DNA of 64,000 nucleotides from an uncultured Bifidobacteriaceae bacterium (GTDB lineage Bacteria; Bacteroidota; Bacteroidia; UKL13-3), in the NCBI GenBank assembly GCA_964392775.1, contig CAYMRD010000006.1, positions 61,901 to 125,900 of the forward strand, read 5' to 3'. Below the pieces are notes generated by a model. The model was not told the DNA's origin and did not search any database. It was given only the letters and a program-made list of their open reading frames with translations. Below are positions 39,451 to 50,881 of the stretch, in pieces. Each line of letters starts with the position of its first letter. Within the stretch, counting starts at the first letter, position 1. Made by a program: the position numbers and the translations under genes.

Positions 39451-39484
39451 AAAAAGCAGCTGATACAATTCGGCTGCTTTTTTT
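39451..39484 (+). terminator. Intrinsic terminator after hmgA
   Basis: aaaaagcagc/ggctgcttttttt stem with a T run. Confidence 0.75.
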
Positions 39485-39497
39485 ATATTGCAGGCTG

Positions 39498-40499
39498 ATG
39501 ATATCCGACCCCTACCAGTATTTGGGCATTGAAGCAAATGCTACACTCGATGAAATCAAAAAAGCCTATCGTGCCAAAGCACTGTTGTTGCATCCCGATA
39601 AAAATCCCGCCCCCGATGCGCAACAGCAATTTATTGAATTGACCGAAGCGTATGAATATATTTTAGCTGAAAGGAACGGCCGATTCAAACGGTATACTTC
39701 ACCGTTTGAGCAGGCCGAAAAAGCAAGAGATGCCCGCAGGGAAGAGGCCAAACGCAGGGCTCGCGAGTATGCGCAAATGCGGTATGAAGAGTTTGAAAAA
39801 ACCGAAGCCGCGCAAACCATCAATGCACTGAATACAATTCTCAACCATTTTCTTTTTTTGATTGCTTGTTGTTTAATCATTGCAGTTCCAATTATACTCT
39901 TTTATTATTATGATTTTACTGGAATCATTATTGGTTTGATATTCTTATTGGCAATCGGGCGACCTATCTTTACGTACATCAAACAGTTTTTTGAACCCTC
40001 ACAATTGTGGTTGGCGCTGATGAGTTTGGTGGAGACTTATTTTTTTCGGGTGGTTATTTTAAGCATAACCAATATTTACCTTTTTTTCAAAGTTGTGATG
40101 AATACCCTCATCCCGCTTGAGTATTCATTGACGGGATTTGTGGTGGTAATGTCAGGTTGCTTTCTTTTATTTTTCAGGAAAGAGGCAGCCAAGGTTCGGG
40201 TGTTTTATACTTTGGTCATTTTGCCTTTGCTAATCAATATCATGTTCTGTTTAAACTACTATGGGAGTAGCCGACCCAAGGTTGAAGAGTATGAATTTAA
40301 GAACGCTCAATATGAATCAAAAAGAGGGCATGAAAAAAGCACGATGATATATCTGGAAGGAGGAAAATATGACGAATATGTGGGGATTAGAGTCTTTAGC
40401 TCATTAGATATCATGTGGAACTGCGAGCATATCATCTACCAGTTCGAAGAAGGCTTATTGGGCATACGTGTGATGAAAGAATACCGTTTTATTCCTTAA
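39498..40499 (+). CDS. DnaJ-domain membrane protein
   Basis: N-terminal J domain with HPDKN, followed by about 5 transmembrane segments. Confidence 0.85.
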   Translation: MISDPYQYLGIEANATLDEIKKAYRAKALLLHPDKNPAPDAQQQFIELTEAYEYILAERNGRFKRYTSPFEQAEKARDARREEAKRRAREYAQMRYEEFEKTEAAQTINALNTILNHFLFLIACCLIIAVPIILFYYYDFTGIIIGLIFLLAIGRPIFTYIKQFFEPSQLWLALMSLVETYFFRVVILSITNIYLFFKVVMNTLIPLEYSLTGFVVVMSGCFLLFFRKEAAKVRVFYTLVILPLLINIMFCLNYYGSSRPKVEEYEFKNAQYESKRGHEKSTMIYLEGGKYDEYVGIRVFSSLDIMWNCEHIIYQFEEGLLGIRVMKEYRFIP

Positions 40500-40596
40500 T
40501 GACTTTTATCAAAGAGCTTTATTGATTGACAATTGTCATAGTTATAATCTCCTAAAAAATTCGATTTTCGTAGCTTACATAAACGACAGAATCGCG

Positions 40597-41727
40597 ATGC
40601 AAACAGAAAATCAAACCAAGGAAGTGATGCCGCAAGCCGCTGATTTCCTTCCTTTGAACGGAACAGATTACATTGAATTGTGGGTGGGTAATGCCAAGCA
40701 GGCTGCTCATTATTATAAAACAGCTTTCGGGTTTCAAAGTCTGGCGTATGCCGGTCCCGAAACGGGCTTAAAAGACCGCGCATCTTATGTGCTGGTTCAA
40801 AATAAAATGCGTTTGGTGCTGACTTCACCATTACACAGTGACAGTCCGATTGCCGAGCACCACCGCAAACATGGTGATGGTGTAAAGTATATTGCTTTGT
40901 GGGTGGATGATGCTTATGATGCGTTTGAGCAAACAACCAAACGTGGAGGAGTTGCTTCTGTTCAGCCTAAAACATTAACCGATGATAAAGGTGAAGTGAG
41001 AATGTGCGGCATCAAAACGTATGGTGAAGTAGAACATTTGTTCATCGAGCGTAAAAATTACGAAGGTGTGTTTATGCCTGGTTTTGTGGAGTGGAAAAGC
41101 GCATACAATCCTGCTCCGACCGGTTTATTATACGTTGACCATTGCGTGGGAAATGTGAACTGGAACCAAATGAACCCCTGGGTAAAATGGTATGAAGATG
41201 TAATGGGTTTTAAAAACATTCTTTCATTTGACGATAACGATATCTCAACCGAATACTCAGCTTTGATGAGTAAGGTAATGAGCAACGGAAACGGATATGT
41301 AAAGTTCCCGATCAACGAACCGGCTGAGGGCAAAAAGAAATCGCAGGTAGAAGAATACCTTGATTTTTATGAAGGTGAAGGTGTTCAACATATCGCCATT
41401 GCAACCAAAGATATTGTTGCAACAGTACGCGAATTGATGAGCCGTGGGGTTGAATTTTTGAAAGTTCCTTCGAGCTATTACGAAGATTTGTTTGACCGTG
41501 TTGGTAAGATTGAAGAAGATATTGAGCCTTTAAAAGAACTGGGTATTTTGGTAGACAGAGACGATGAAGGATACTTGTTGCAGTTGTTCTCGAAGCCGGT
41601 AGAAGACCGTCCTACGATGTTTTTCGAAATCATCCAGCGTAAAGGAGCCAAAAGTTTCGGAAAAGGAAACTTCAAAGCCTTGTTTGAAGCATTGGAAAGA
41701 GAGCAAGAGATTCGCGGTAATTTGTAA
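40597..41727 (+). CDS. hppD: 4-hydroxyphenylpyruvate dioxygenase
   Basis: DHCVGNV, KFPINEP, GVQHIA, GYLLQLFSKP and FFEIIQRKG...FG.GNFKALFEA. Start set at ATG 40597. Confidence 0.97.
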   Translation: MQTENQTKEVMPQAADFLPLNGTDYIELWVGNAKQAAHYYKTAFGFQSLAYAGPETGLKDRASYVLVQNKMRLVLTSPLHSDSPIAEHHRKHGDGVKYIALWVDDAYDAFEQTTKRGGVASVQPKTLTDDKGEVRMCGIKTYGEVEHLFIERKNYEGVFMPGFVEWKSAYNPAPTGLLYVDHCVGNVNWNQMNPWVKWYEDVMGFKNILSFDDNDISTEYSALMSKVMSNGNGYVKFPINEPAEGKKKSQVEEYLDFYEGEGVQHIAIATKDIVATVRELMSRGVEFLKVPSSYYEDLFDRVGKIEEDIEPLKELGILVDRDDEGYLLQLFSKPVEDRPTMFFEIIQRKGAKSFGKGNFKALFEALEREQEIRGNL

Positions 41728-41749
41728 TTCAGGAACGAATAATTATAGG

Positions 41750-41776
41750 AAAGCCCGGCAGAAATGTCGGGCTTTT
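41750..41776 (+). terminator. Intrinsic terminator after hppD
   Basis: aaagcccggca-gaaa-tgtcgggctttt. Confidence 0.8.
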
Positions 41777-41792
41777 GTTGTTAATTTGAGGT

Positions 41793-42569
41793 ATGGCAAA
41801 AAAGAATATACAGGAGCTAAGGGAAAAAGTTGCCCACTCAGAACAAAGATTTTTGGAAGGCCCCCGCTCACGTACCCGTGAGTTTTTATTTGCGTTTAAA
41901 GTCTTATGGGAGTTTATCCACGCGTTTCGGAAATTACATTTTATAGGGCCTTGTGTAACGGTATTTGGGAGTGCCCGTTTTGGGGAGGATCATCCGTATT
42001 ATATCAAAGCCCGCGAATTAGGGGCTGCCATCAGTAAACTAGGTTTTACGGTGCTTACCGGTGGCGGACCGGGCATCATGGAAGCCGCCAACCGTGGCGC
42101 ATTTGAAACCGGAGGGCAATCCATAGGCTGCAATATTATTTTGCCGCATGAGCAAAGGGAAAATCCTTATGTGCAAAAATCGGTTGAATTTAAATACTTT
42201 TTTGTGCGCAAAACCTTGCTGGTAAAATACTCGTATGCGTTTATAATTATGCCGGGCGGATGGGGCACCATGGACGAAATGTTTGAAGCACTTACACTTA
42301 TTCAAACTGGAAAGATCAAGGAGTTTCCTGTTATATTAATTGGTCGCGATTATTGGAAAAACCTCATTGAGTTGACCGAAGATATGATAGCCAATAAAAC
42401 GGTTTCGGCTGCCGAGATTAAAGAATATTTGCTGGTAACCGATTCGGTTGACGAGGCTATTGAGCATTTGAAAAAATATTCCATCAACAGGTTTGGTTTA
42501 AAAAAGGCCAGACGCAGTAATGCGAGCAGATGGCTGGGTGAATGGGGCTTTAAACGAAACGCATCATGA
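41793..42569 (+). CDS. LOG/TIGR00730 Rossmann-fold protein
   Basis: [26 protein letters not shown] and PGGWGTMDE. Confidence 0.93.
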   Translation: MAKKNIQELREKVAHSEQRFLEGPRSRTREFLFAFKVLWEFIHAFRKLHFIGPCVTVFGSARFGEDHPYYIKARELGAAISKLGFTVLTGGGPGIMEAANRGAFETGGQSIGCNIILPHEQRENPYVQKSVEFKYFFVRKTLLVKYSYAFIIMPGGWGTMDEMFEALTLIQTGKIKEFPVILIGRDYWKNLIELTEDMIANKTVSAAEIKEYLLVTDSVDEAIEHLKKYSINRFGLKKARRSNASRWLGEWGFKRNAS

Positions 42570-42832
42570 CCCAACAAAACAATCCTTTACATGGAATCAA
42601 ACTGGAGCAGATGCTCACCGAGTTGGTGGACACCTACTGCTGGGAGTTTCTGGCTGATGAGGTGAATGTAAACTGTTTTAAGAATGATCCGAGTATTAAG
42701 TCGAGCCTGACTTTTTTACGAAAAACACCCTGGGCCCGCACCAAAATTGAAGGGATGTACCTGAAGTTTATTGTGAGAGCGAAGAAGAAGGCGGAAGTTT
42801 TGAAAGTAGGCAAGGAAGAGAAAGATGAGTAG
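42566..42832 (+). CDS. VF530/DUF2132 family protein
   Basis: [10 protein letters not shown]...[22 protein letters not shown]. Confidence 0.92.
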   Translation: MTQQNNPLHGIKLEQMLTELVDTYCWEFLADEVNVNCFKNDPSIKSSLTFLRKTPWARTKIEGMYLKFIVRAKKKAEVLKVGKEEKDE

Positions 42833-42865
42833 GCAAAAAGAAAGTAGGCAGGCGGCAATTGAGCA

Positions 42866-42919
42866 GTCGCTTCGAGTGAACCTTGGGTGGGTTGTGGGCA
42901 AGCGTTTGTATCGAGAAGT
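42866..42919. repeat. Dispersed 54-nt REP-like repeat (TTCGAGT...GTATCGAGAA)
   Basis: 47/54 identical to the reverse complement of 48508-48561. Confidence 0.85.
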
Positions 42920-42966
42920 GATTTTGGAAGTCGACAGTTAGACGGTCCGCGGTCGGAAGATTGTCT

Positions 42967-44805
<1,839 letters not shown>

Positions 44806-44841
44806 GTTGGTTAAGTAATTAAGTTGATTTATATCGTATAT

Positions 44842-44873
44842 AAAAAAGACGCTTCTTATGGAGCGTCTTTTTT
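44842..44873. terminator. Bidirectional terminator between ABC-F and tRNA-Pro
   Basis: aaaaaagacgct/agcgtctttttt. Confidence 0.88.
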
Positions 44874-44880
44874 TGCGTTG

Positions 44881-44954
44881 TCGGAGTGGCGGGATTCGAA
44901 CCCACGACCTCCAGCACCCCATGCTGGCGCGATACCAGGCTACGCTACACCCCG
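44881..44954 (-). tRNA. tRNA-Pro(GGG), CCA not encoded
   Basis: Minus strand CGGGGTG...CACTCCG-A acceptor stem, CCAGC-ATGGGGT-GCTGG anticodon arm, GGTTCGAATCC T-loop. Confidence 0.96.
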
Positions 44955-45036
44955 AATTGCTGATGCAAATAAAACACCTTGATTGTAAAATGTCAACTCT
45001 TCGGGTGTTCTGTTTTCATCCCATCCCCCAATCCCT

Positions 45037-45044
45037 TATATTTG
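45037..45044 (+). promoter_or_regulatory. -7 promoter element for mfd
   Basis: TATATTTG matches TAnnTTTG. Confidence 0.6.
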
Positions 45045-45065
45045 CCCCGACAATTTTTTGTGTAG

Positions 45066-48000
45066 TTGAATTTACAGCAGTTATTAGGCATTTACAGCGA
45101 AAGTGATCGCTTTAAAACCCTTGCAGGAAAGCTTCGAACACCCTCCCCGGTGCGGCTTCACCTGACGGGATTGGTGGGCTCTGCTGATGCCGTTTTAGCC
45201 TCAGCCTTGTACAAAGCACAGCCCAAAACCAACGTATTTGTATTTAATGATACGGACGATGCCCGTTACTTTTTTTCGGATATAGAAAACCTGCTCGAAG
45301 GGAAAACGGTTTTGTTTTTGCCTTCATCTTACCGCAGGCCTTTTCAAATCAGTGCGCCTGATAATACTTTCATATTGGAGCGTGCCGAAGTGCTCAACCG
45401 GCTCAATCAACATTCGGTAAACGGAGAACTGGTGGTAACTACTGCCGAAGCGTTGGCGGAACTGGTGATCACTGAAAAAGACTTGTCGGCTAATACCTAT
45501 GAATTAAAAGTAGGACATCCTTTCGCCCTCGAATTTTTCATCGACTTCCTCACCGAGCATCATTTTGAGCGCAGTGATTTTGTATATGAAGCAGGGCAAT
45601 TCTCTATCCGTGGCGGAATTGTGGATGTATTCTCGTTTAGCAACGATATGCCTTACCGTATTGAGCTCGATGGAGAGATGATTGAAAGCATCCGAACATT
45701 TGACCCCAATACACAGCTTTCGGTGAAAAGGGTAGATCGATTTTTTATCATTCCCAATGTTCAAAAGGATATTGACGGAACCTCTCAGCAAAACTTTTTT
45801 CAGTACCTGCCGGCCGATACAGTATTATGGGTAAAGGACGTGGAGTTTTGTTTGGAGCAAATAAGCAAAGGCAAAGAAAAGGCAGAAACGATTTATGCCC
45901 GATACGAACCTACATCCGAACACGAACCGCTCAAACCTGTGAACCTGATTTATGAACAGGAGTCGGCTATTAAAGAAGCGTTTAAGCGTTACGCAATGGT
46001 TGAGTTCGGAACAAGATTTTTTTACAAGGCAGATGAAAAAATTGTTTTTAATCTTTCTCCCCAACCTGTATTTCATAAAAACTTCAAGCTGCTTATTGGC
46101 AACCTGCGCGATAACCAACGTGATGAATTAACGAACCTTATTTTTTCGGAAAGCAGCAGGCAGATTGAAAGACTGTATACCATTTTTGAGGATCTGGATA
46201 GGGAAGTTACGTTTGACCCGATTTACCACGGTATCTCAAAAGGGTTTATAGATAAGGATTTGAAACTGGCTTGTTATACCGAGCACCAGATCTTTGACCG
46301 TTTTTACCGCGGACATGTGCGCAATGCCTACAGTAAAAGCCGTATCATCACCTTAAAAGAACTGCGCGATTTAAAACCCGGGGATTTTGTAACCCATATT
46401 GACCATGGGGTTGGAAGGTTTGCCGGACTGGAAAAGATGGAAGTGAACGGGCATATTCAGGAAGCTGTACGTTTGGTGTACCGCGATAATGATTTGTTGT
46501 ATGTGAGCATTAATTCCCTGCACAAAATTTCCAAATATGTTGGGAAGGATGGAACGGAACCACGGGTGAATAAACTCGGAAGTGATGCATGGGAAAAACT
46601 CAAAACCAGCACCAAGAAAAAAGTAAAAGATATTGCCCGCGACCTGATAAAGTTATACGCCAAGCGGAAAGCGCAAAAAGGCTTTCAGTTTGCTCCCGAT
46701 AACTATATGCAAGTGGAACTCGAGGCTTCTTTTATGTATGAAGATACGCCCGACCAAAGCAAAGCCACTGCTGATCTGAAAAAAGATATGGAGTCGGATA
46801 ACCCGATGGACAGGCTCGTTTGTGGAGATGTAGGTTTTGGGAAAACAGAGGTTGCTATTCGTGCAGCTTTTAAAGCAGTATGCGATAGCAAGCAGGTTGC
46901 CGTATTGGTTCCTACTACTATTTTGGCTAATCAACATTACCGTACCTTTAAAGAACGTTTAAAAGAATTTCCATGCACAGTTGATTATGTCAACCGTTTC
47001 CGTTCGGCCTCTGAACAAAAAGAAATTTTGAAACGCCTGGCCGAAGGGAAAATTGATATTTTGATTGGTACTCACAAACTGTTGGGCAAAGACATGAAAT
47101 ACAAAGATCTGGGTTTGCTCATTATTGATGAGGAACAAAAATTCGGGGTTGCTGCCAAAGAAAAACTGAAAGCCATCAAAACCAATGTAGATACGCTGAC
47201 GTTAACAGCCACACCGATTCCGCGAACCCTGCATTTTTCATTGATGGGTGCGCGCGATTTGTCCATCATCAATACACCACCTGCCAACCGCCAGCCCGTA
47301 ACCACCGAATTGCATGCGTATAATGATGAGTTGCTGAAGGAGATTGTGATGAACGAAGTAGACAGAGGCGGGCAGGTGTTTATGGTACACCACCGGGTGA
47401 AAGATATTTACGAGATAGCCGACCGGATTATGAAACTCTGTCCGGGTGTAAAAGTAGGTGTTGCCCATGGACAACTAGAAGGCGATAAATTGGAAGATGT
47501 GATGATTAAATTCATCGAGGGCGATTATGATATGCTGGTAGCTACAACCATTATCGAAAGTGGGTTGGACATCCCGAATGCCAATACCATTATCATCAAC
47601 AATGCCCACATGTTCGGGTTGAGTGATATGCATCAGATGCGTGGCCGTGTGGGGCGAACCAACCGCAAAGCCTATTGTTACCTGATGGTTCCGAGCATGC
47701 AAATGCTCACCAATGAAGCCCGCAGACGTTTACAGGCCATCGAAGAATTCAGCGATTTAGGAAGTGGGTTTAATGTGGCGATGCGCGATTTGGATATCCG
47801 CGGTGCGGGAAATTTATTGGGTGGTGAACAAAGTGGTTTCATTTCCGAAATCGGATTTGAGATGTATCATAAGATTCTGGATGAAGCCATTCAGGAACTC
47901 AAGGAAGATGAGTTTGCCGAATTGTTCAAAGAGGAGCAGATGCACAAACTCGAATCGAAGGATTGTACCATTGAAACGGATTTTGAAGCGTTGATTCCCG

Positions 48001-48419
48001 ATGAGTATGTTCGCAGCGTGAGCGAACGGGTAAGTTTATACGGTGAACTCTCGCGGCTGGAAACCGATGCACAGATTGATGATTTCGGCACACAGCTGAC
48101 AGACAGGTTTGGAGCCATGCCTCAGCAGGTGCTCGATTTGTTTGAACTCATTAAGCTGAGAACTGTGGCCAAAAAGATTGGGTTCGAAAAGCTCATTATT
48201 AAAAACGCATCCATGGCTGCTTATTTTCCCGATGAGAAAAAACAAGCCTTTTACCAAAGCGGGCAGTTCAGCAAAATTTTATTATTTGTTCAGCACAACT
48301 CCCAACGCTGCAAGCTCAAACAAACACCTAAAAGTTTAATTCTCGGTATTCAACATGTTTCCGGCATCGCACATGCAAAAGGGGTGTTGGATGATATGTG
48401 GAGGGATGTTGGAGGATAG
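45066..48419 (+). CDS. mfd: Transcription-repair coupling factor Mfd
   Basis: UvrB-like N-terminus, RID (HIDHGVGRF), GDVGFGKTEVA, DEEQKFGV, QMRGRVGR and DLDIRGAGNLLG. Confidence 0.97.
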   Translation: MNLQQLLGIYSESDRFKTLAGKLRTPSPVRLHLTGLVGSADAVLASALYKAQPKTNVFVFNDTDDARYFFSDIENLLEGKTVLFLPSSYRRPFQISAPDNTFILERAEVLNRLNQHSVNGELVVTTAEALAELVITEKDLSANTYELKVGHPFALEFFIDFLTEHHFERSDFVYEAGQFSIRGGIVDVFSFSNDMPYRIELDGEMIESIRTFDPNTQLSVKRVDRFFIIPNVQKDIDGTSQQNFFQYLPADTVLWVKDVEFCLEQISKGKEKAETIYARYEPTSEHEPLKPVNLIYEQESAIKEAFKRYAMVEFGTRFFYKADEKIVFNLSPQPVFHKNFKLLIGNLRDNQRDELTNLIFSESSRQIERLYTIFEDLDREVTFDPIYHGISKGFIDKDLKLACYTEHQIFDRFYRGHVRNAYSKSRIITLKELRDLKPGDFVTHIDHGVGRFAGLEKMEVNGHIQEAVRLVYRDNDLLYVSINSLHKISKYVGKDGTEPRVNKLGSDAWEKLKTSTKKKVKDIARDLIKLYAKRKAQKGFQFAPDNYMQVELEASFMYEDTPDQSKATADLKKDMESDNPMDRLVCGDVGFGKTEVAIRAAFKAVCDSKQVAVLVPTTILANQHYRTFKERLKEFPCTVDYVNRFRSASEQKEILKRLAEGKIDILIGTHKLLGKDMKYKDLGLLIIDEEQKFGVAAKEKLKAIKTNVDTLTLTATPIPRTLHFSLMGARDLSIINTPPANRQPVTTELHAYNDELLKEIVMNEVDRGGQVFMVHHRVKDIYEIADRIMKLCPGVKVGVAHGQLEGDKLEDVMIKFIEGDYDMLVATTIIESGLDIPNANTIIINNAHMFGLSDMHQMRGRVGRTNRKAYCYLMVPSMQMLTNEARRRLQAIEEFSDLGSGFNVAMRDLDIRGAGNLLGGEQSGFISEIGFEMYHKILDEAIQELKEDEFAELFKEEQMHKLESKDCTIETDFEALIPDEYVRSVSERVSLYGELSRLETDAQIDDFGTQLTDRFGAMPQQVLDLFELIKLRTVAKKIGFEKLIIKNASMAAYFPDEKKQAFYQSGQFSKILLFVQHNSQRCKLKQTPKSLILGIQHVSGIAHAKGVLDDMWRDVGG

Positions 48420-48438
48420 AAGTTAGAAGATGGATGCA

Positions 48439-48561
48439 GTCAGTTCGAGTAGCGGGCACTGGTTTTGCTGAGGGCGTATCGAGAACTTTTTAGTAAACAG
48501 ATACACAACTTCTCGATACAAACGCTCACGCACAATCTACCCAAGGTTTACTCGAAGTGAC
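48439..48561. repeat. Head-to-head pair of TTCGAGT...GTATCGAGAA repeats between the convergent mfd and cinA
   Basis: 48439-48487 (gtcagttcgagt...gtatcgagaact) and inverted 48508-48561. Confidence 0.8.
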
Positions 48562-49802
48562 TACTCCCCAATCAACACTTTCCTCAACATATCCAATGCC
48601 TGAATGGAACTTCGCTGGATGGTGCGTTCGCGGTGGTCGCCCATGCTGAATTGTTGAGCGATGGTTCCGTTTGGTCCACTCACTGCAATCCAAACAGTAC
48701 CCACCGGTTTTTCGGGAGTGCCTCCATCAGGTCCGGCAATTCCACTTGTGGCTATCGAATATGTTGTATTCAGTTTTGCTTTCACCGCTTCGGCCATTTG
48801 TATCACACATGCTTCACTTACGGCTCCTGCACTTTTTAAAACATCTTCACTTATGCCCAGTTCTTTTGTTTTTACTTCGTTGGCATAACTGATAATGCTG
48901 CCATTATAATAAGCCGAACTTCCGGGAACGGAAGTAATCAAATGCGCAATATACCCTCCGGTGCAACTTTCGGCTGTTGCAAGTGTAGCCCTCTTTGATT
49001 TTAATAAATCACCTATCACCTGTTGCAAGGTTTGATCTTCTTCACCATATATATAATCACCAACCAATGCGTATAAGTTGGTGATGATGGTATTCATTTC
49101 CTGTTGCAACAATGATGCATCTGTGTGATAACCACTAAAGCGAAGCCTTACCATACCTACAGAAGGCAGGTATGCCAGCTTGATATGTTCAGGTAAGTTG
49201 TCTTCGAGTGTTTCGATTTTTTTTGCTAAAAAAGATTCACCAATGGAGCAGGTAAGAATGAGCCGGTGTAAAATGACAGGCAGGTTAAAACGTTGTTTGA
49301 GTTTTGGAATAGCAAGTTCCTCAAACATACTTTTCATTTCAAATGGAACTCCCGGCATACTGATATAGACAGTATCATTTTCGTCAAACCACATTCCGGG
49401 AGCAGTTCCATTTTTATTAAACAACACTTCGCAATTGGAAGGAACCATTGCCTGTTGTGTATTGCTTTCAATCATGGGTAATTTTCTCGTGCTGAAAATA
49501 TGCGTTACCCATTTTAACACTTCTTCATTCAGGATGAGTTTGCTTCCGAAAAAATCAGCCAGGGTTTGTTTGGTGATATCATCTTTAGTTGGTCCAAGCC
49601 CTCCTGTTATGATTACCACATCAGCCCGCTGCGTGGCATCTGCCAAGGCTTTCAGGATGTCATCACGTTGGTCCGATACAGAAGCACGGTGAATAACACG
49701 AATGCCTGCTGCGCTTAATTCTTGTCCAAGCCAAGCCGAATTGGTATCTGTAATTTTTCCAATTAATATTTCATCACCGATGGTTATTATTTCTGCTTTC
49801 AT
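48561..49802 (-). CDS. cinA: Competence/damage-inducible protein CinA (MoCF domain + PncC domain)
   Basis: ITIGDEILIG..TDTNS, GGLGPTKDDIT, AESCTGG and GIAGPDGGTPEKPVG. Start set at ATG 49802. Confidence 0.95.
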   Translation of the reverse strand: MKAEIITIGDEILIGKITDTNSAWLGQELSAAGIRVIHRASVSDQRDDILKALADATQRADVVIITGGLGPTKDDITKQTLADFFGSKLILNEEVLKWVTHIFSTRKLPMIESNTQQAMVPSNCEVLFNKNGTAPGMWFDENDTVYISMPGVPFEMKSMFEELAIPKLKQRFNLPVILHRLILTCSIGESFLAKKIETLEDNLPEHIKLAYLPSVGMVRLRFSGYHTDASLLQQEMNTIITNLYALVGDYIYGEEDQTLQQVIGDLLKSKRATLATAESCTGGYIAHLITSVPGSSAYYNGSIISYANEVKTKELGISEDVLKSAGAVSEACVIQMAEAVKAKLNTTYSIATSGIAGPDGGTPEKPVGTVWIAVSGPNGTIAQQFSMGDHRERTIQRSSIQALDMLRKVLIGE

Positions 49803-50009
49803 GCTACTGATCATTGCAGTTCAATATAAAACAATTGCAATTAAGATGATGCCGATAATTGACGAGGTGAATTTGAACTTGTTTTTTGAACGTGTATAAA
49901 AAATTATACTCGTTTGTGTTTCTTTTTTTACGAATAGAGTCTTTTGAAAAATTAATTCAATCAAGGAGGTGTTGCATTCTGATTTAAGGAAAATGAAAAT
50001 TGTAATGTC

Positions 50010-50176
50010 TGAAGATATTAGTAAAATCAATACCTGTAAGGTTTTTGAAAATATTATATTACCTATTCCGCAAACTTGATTTGAAAAAGAGAGTTAACTG
50101 ATTGCAACTCAGTTCAAAGAAAATAATCACATTTTTGTTGATTACTGAAACCTTGAAACTATTAGTAAAATCAATA
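50010..50176. repeat. Two 23-nt direct repeats (17-nt perfect core) 144 bp apart
   Basis: tgaagatattagtaaaatcaata (50010-50032) and tgaaactattagtaaaatcaata (50154-50176). Confidence 0.8.
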
Positions 50177-50307
50177 TGTTTCAGTTGTTGGTCACAGTTA
50201 TCAACAGTCGGATGTTGCAATTATTTTGCCCTGATAATGAACTAGTACTTGAATTTTTTAAACACTCTTTTAACTTTGTTATCGTAATCAATCAAATCTT
50301 TAAAAAC

Positions 50308-50619
50308 ATGGCAACTAAAAAAACAACAAAAAAAGCAGCTCCGACTAAGTCAGCTGCTCCTAAAAAGGCTGCTGCTAAGAAAGCCGCTCCTAAAAAGGCC
50401 GCTGCTAAGAAAGCTGCACCCAAAAAAGCTGCACCCAAAAAAGCTGCTGCTAAGAAAGCCGCTCCTAAAAAAGTTGCTAAGAAAGCTGCTCCTAAAAAGG
50501 CCGCTGCTAAGAAAGCTGCTCCTAAAAAGGCTGCTGCTAAGAAAGCCGCTCCTAAAAAAGCTGCTAAGAAAGCTGCTCCTAAAAAGGCCGCTAAGAAAGC
50601 CGCTCCCAAAAAGAAGTAA
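50308..50619 (+). CDS. Histone H1-like Lys/Ala/Pro repeat protein
   Basis: MATKKTT followed by KKAAAKKAAP-type repeats; synonymous variation between units; own terminator. Confidence 0.85.
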   Translation: MATKKTTKKAAPTKSAAPKKAAAKKAAPKKAAAKKAAPKKAAPKKAAAKKAAPKKVAKKAAPKKAAAKKAAPKKAAAKKAAPKKAAKKAAPKKAAKKAAPKKK

Positions 50620-50641
50620 TCAGCTTTTAGAAACCTCTTTT

Positions 50642-50673
50642 AAAAGTCCTGCATTTACTTGTGCAGGACTTTT
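50642..50673 (+). terminator. Intrinsic terminator after the histone-like gene
   Basis: aaaagtcctgca/tgcaggactttt. Confidence 0.85.
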
Positions 50674-50691
50674 GTTTTTAAATCAGATTCC

Positions 50692-50880
50692 ATGAAAAAG
50701 ATTACATCATACATTATCGGAATATTACTCTTGATAGGGTTGGTATCATGCAAGCCTAAAAAGTGTGGCAATTTTGCCGATCCCCGAAACAACTATCATG
50801 CTAAATATGATAAAAAGGGACTGGTAAAAAGCAAAAACAAAAGCAGGTCTGCCCGCTCGTCATGGAACAATCGTTATTAA
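50692..50880 (+). CDS. Small basic lipoprotein, hypothetical
   Basis: MKKITSYIIGILLLIGLVSC lipobox; stop adjoins the next gene. Confidence 0.65.
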   Translation: MKKITSYIIGILLLIGLVSCKPKKCGNFADPRNNYHAKYDKKGLVKSKNKSRSARSSWNNRY

Positions 50881-50881
50881 C

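Noticed and set aside
44881-44954. tRNA-Pro as the attachment site of a genomic island
   Set aside because: No duplicated tRNA 3' end and no integrase nearby; both flanks are housekeeping genes.
50292-50609. Antisense ORF with AAFL repeats, and the +1-frame ORF 50474-50695
   Set aside because: Shadows of the histone-like repeat gene.
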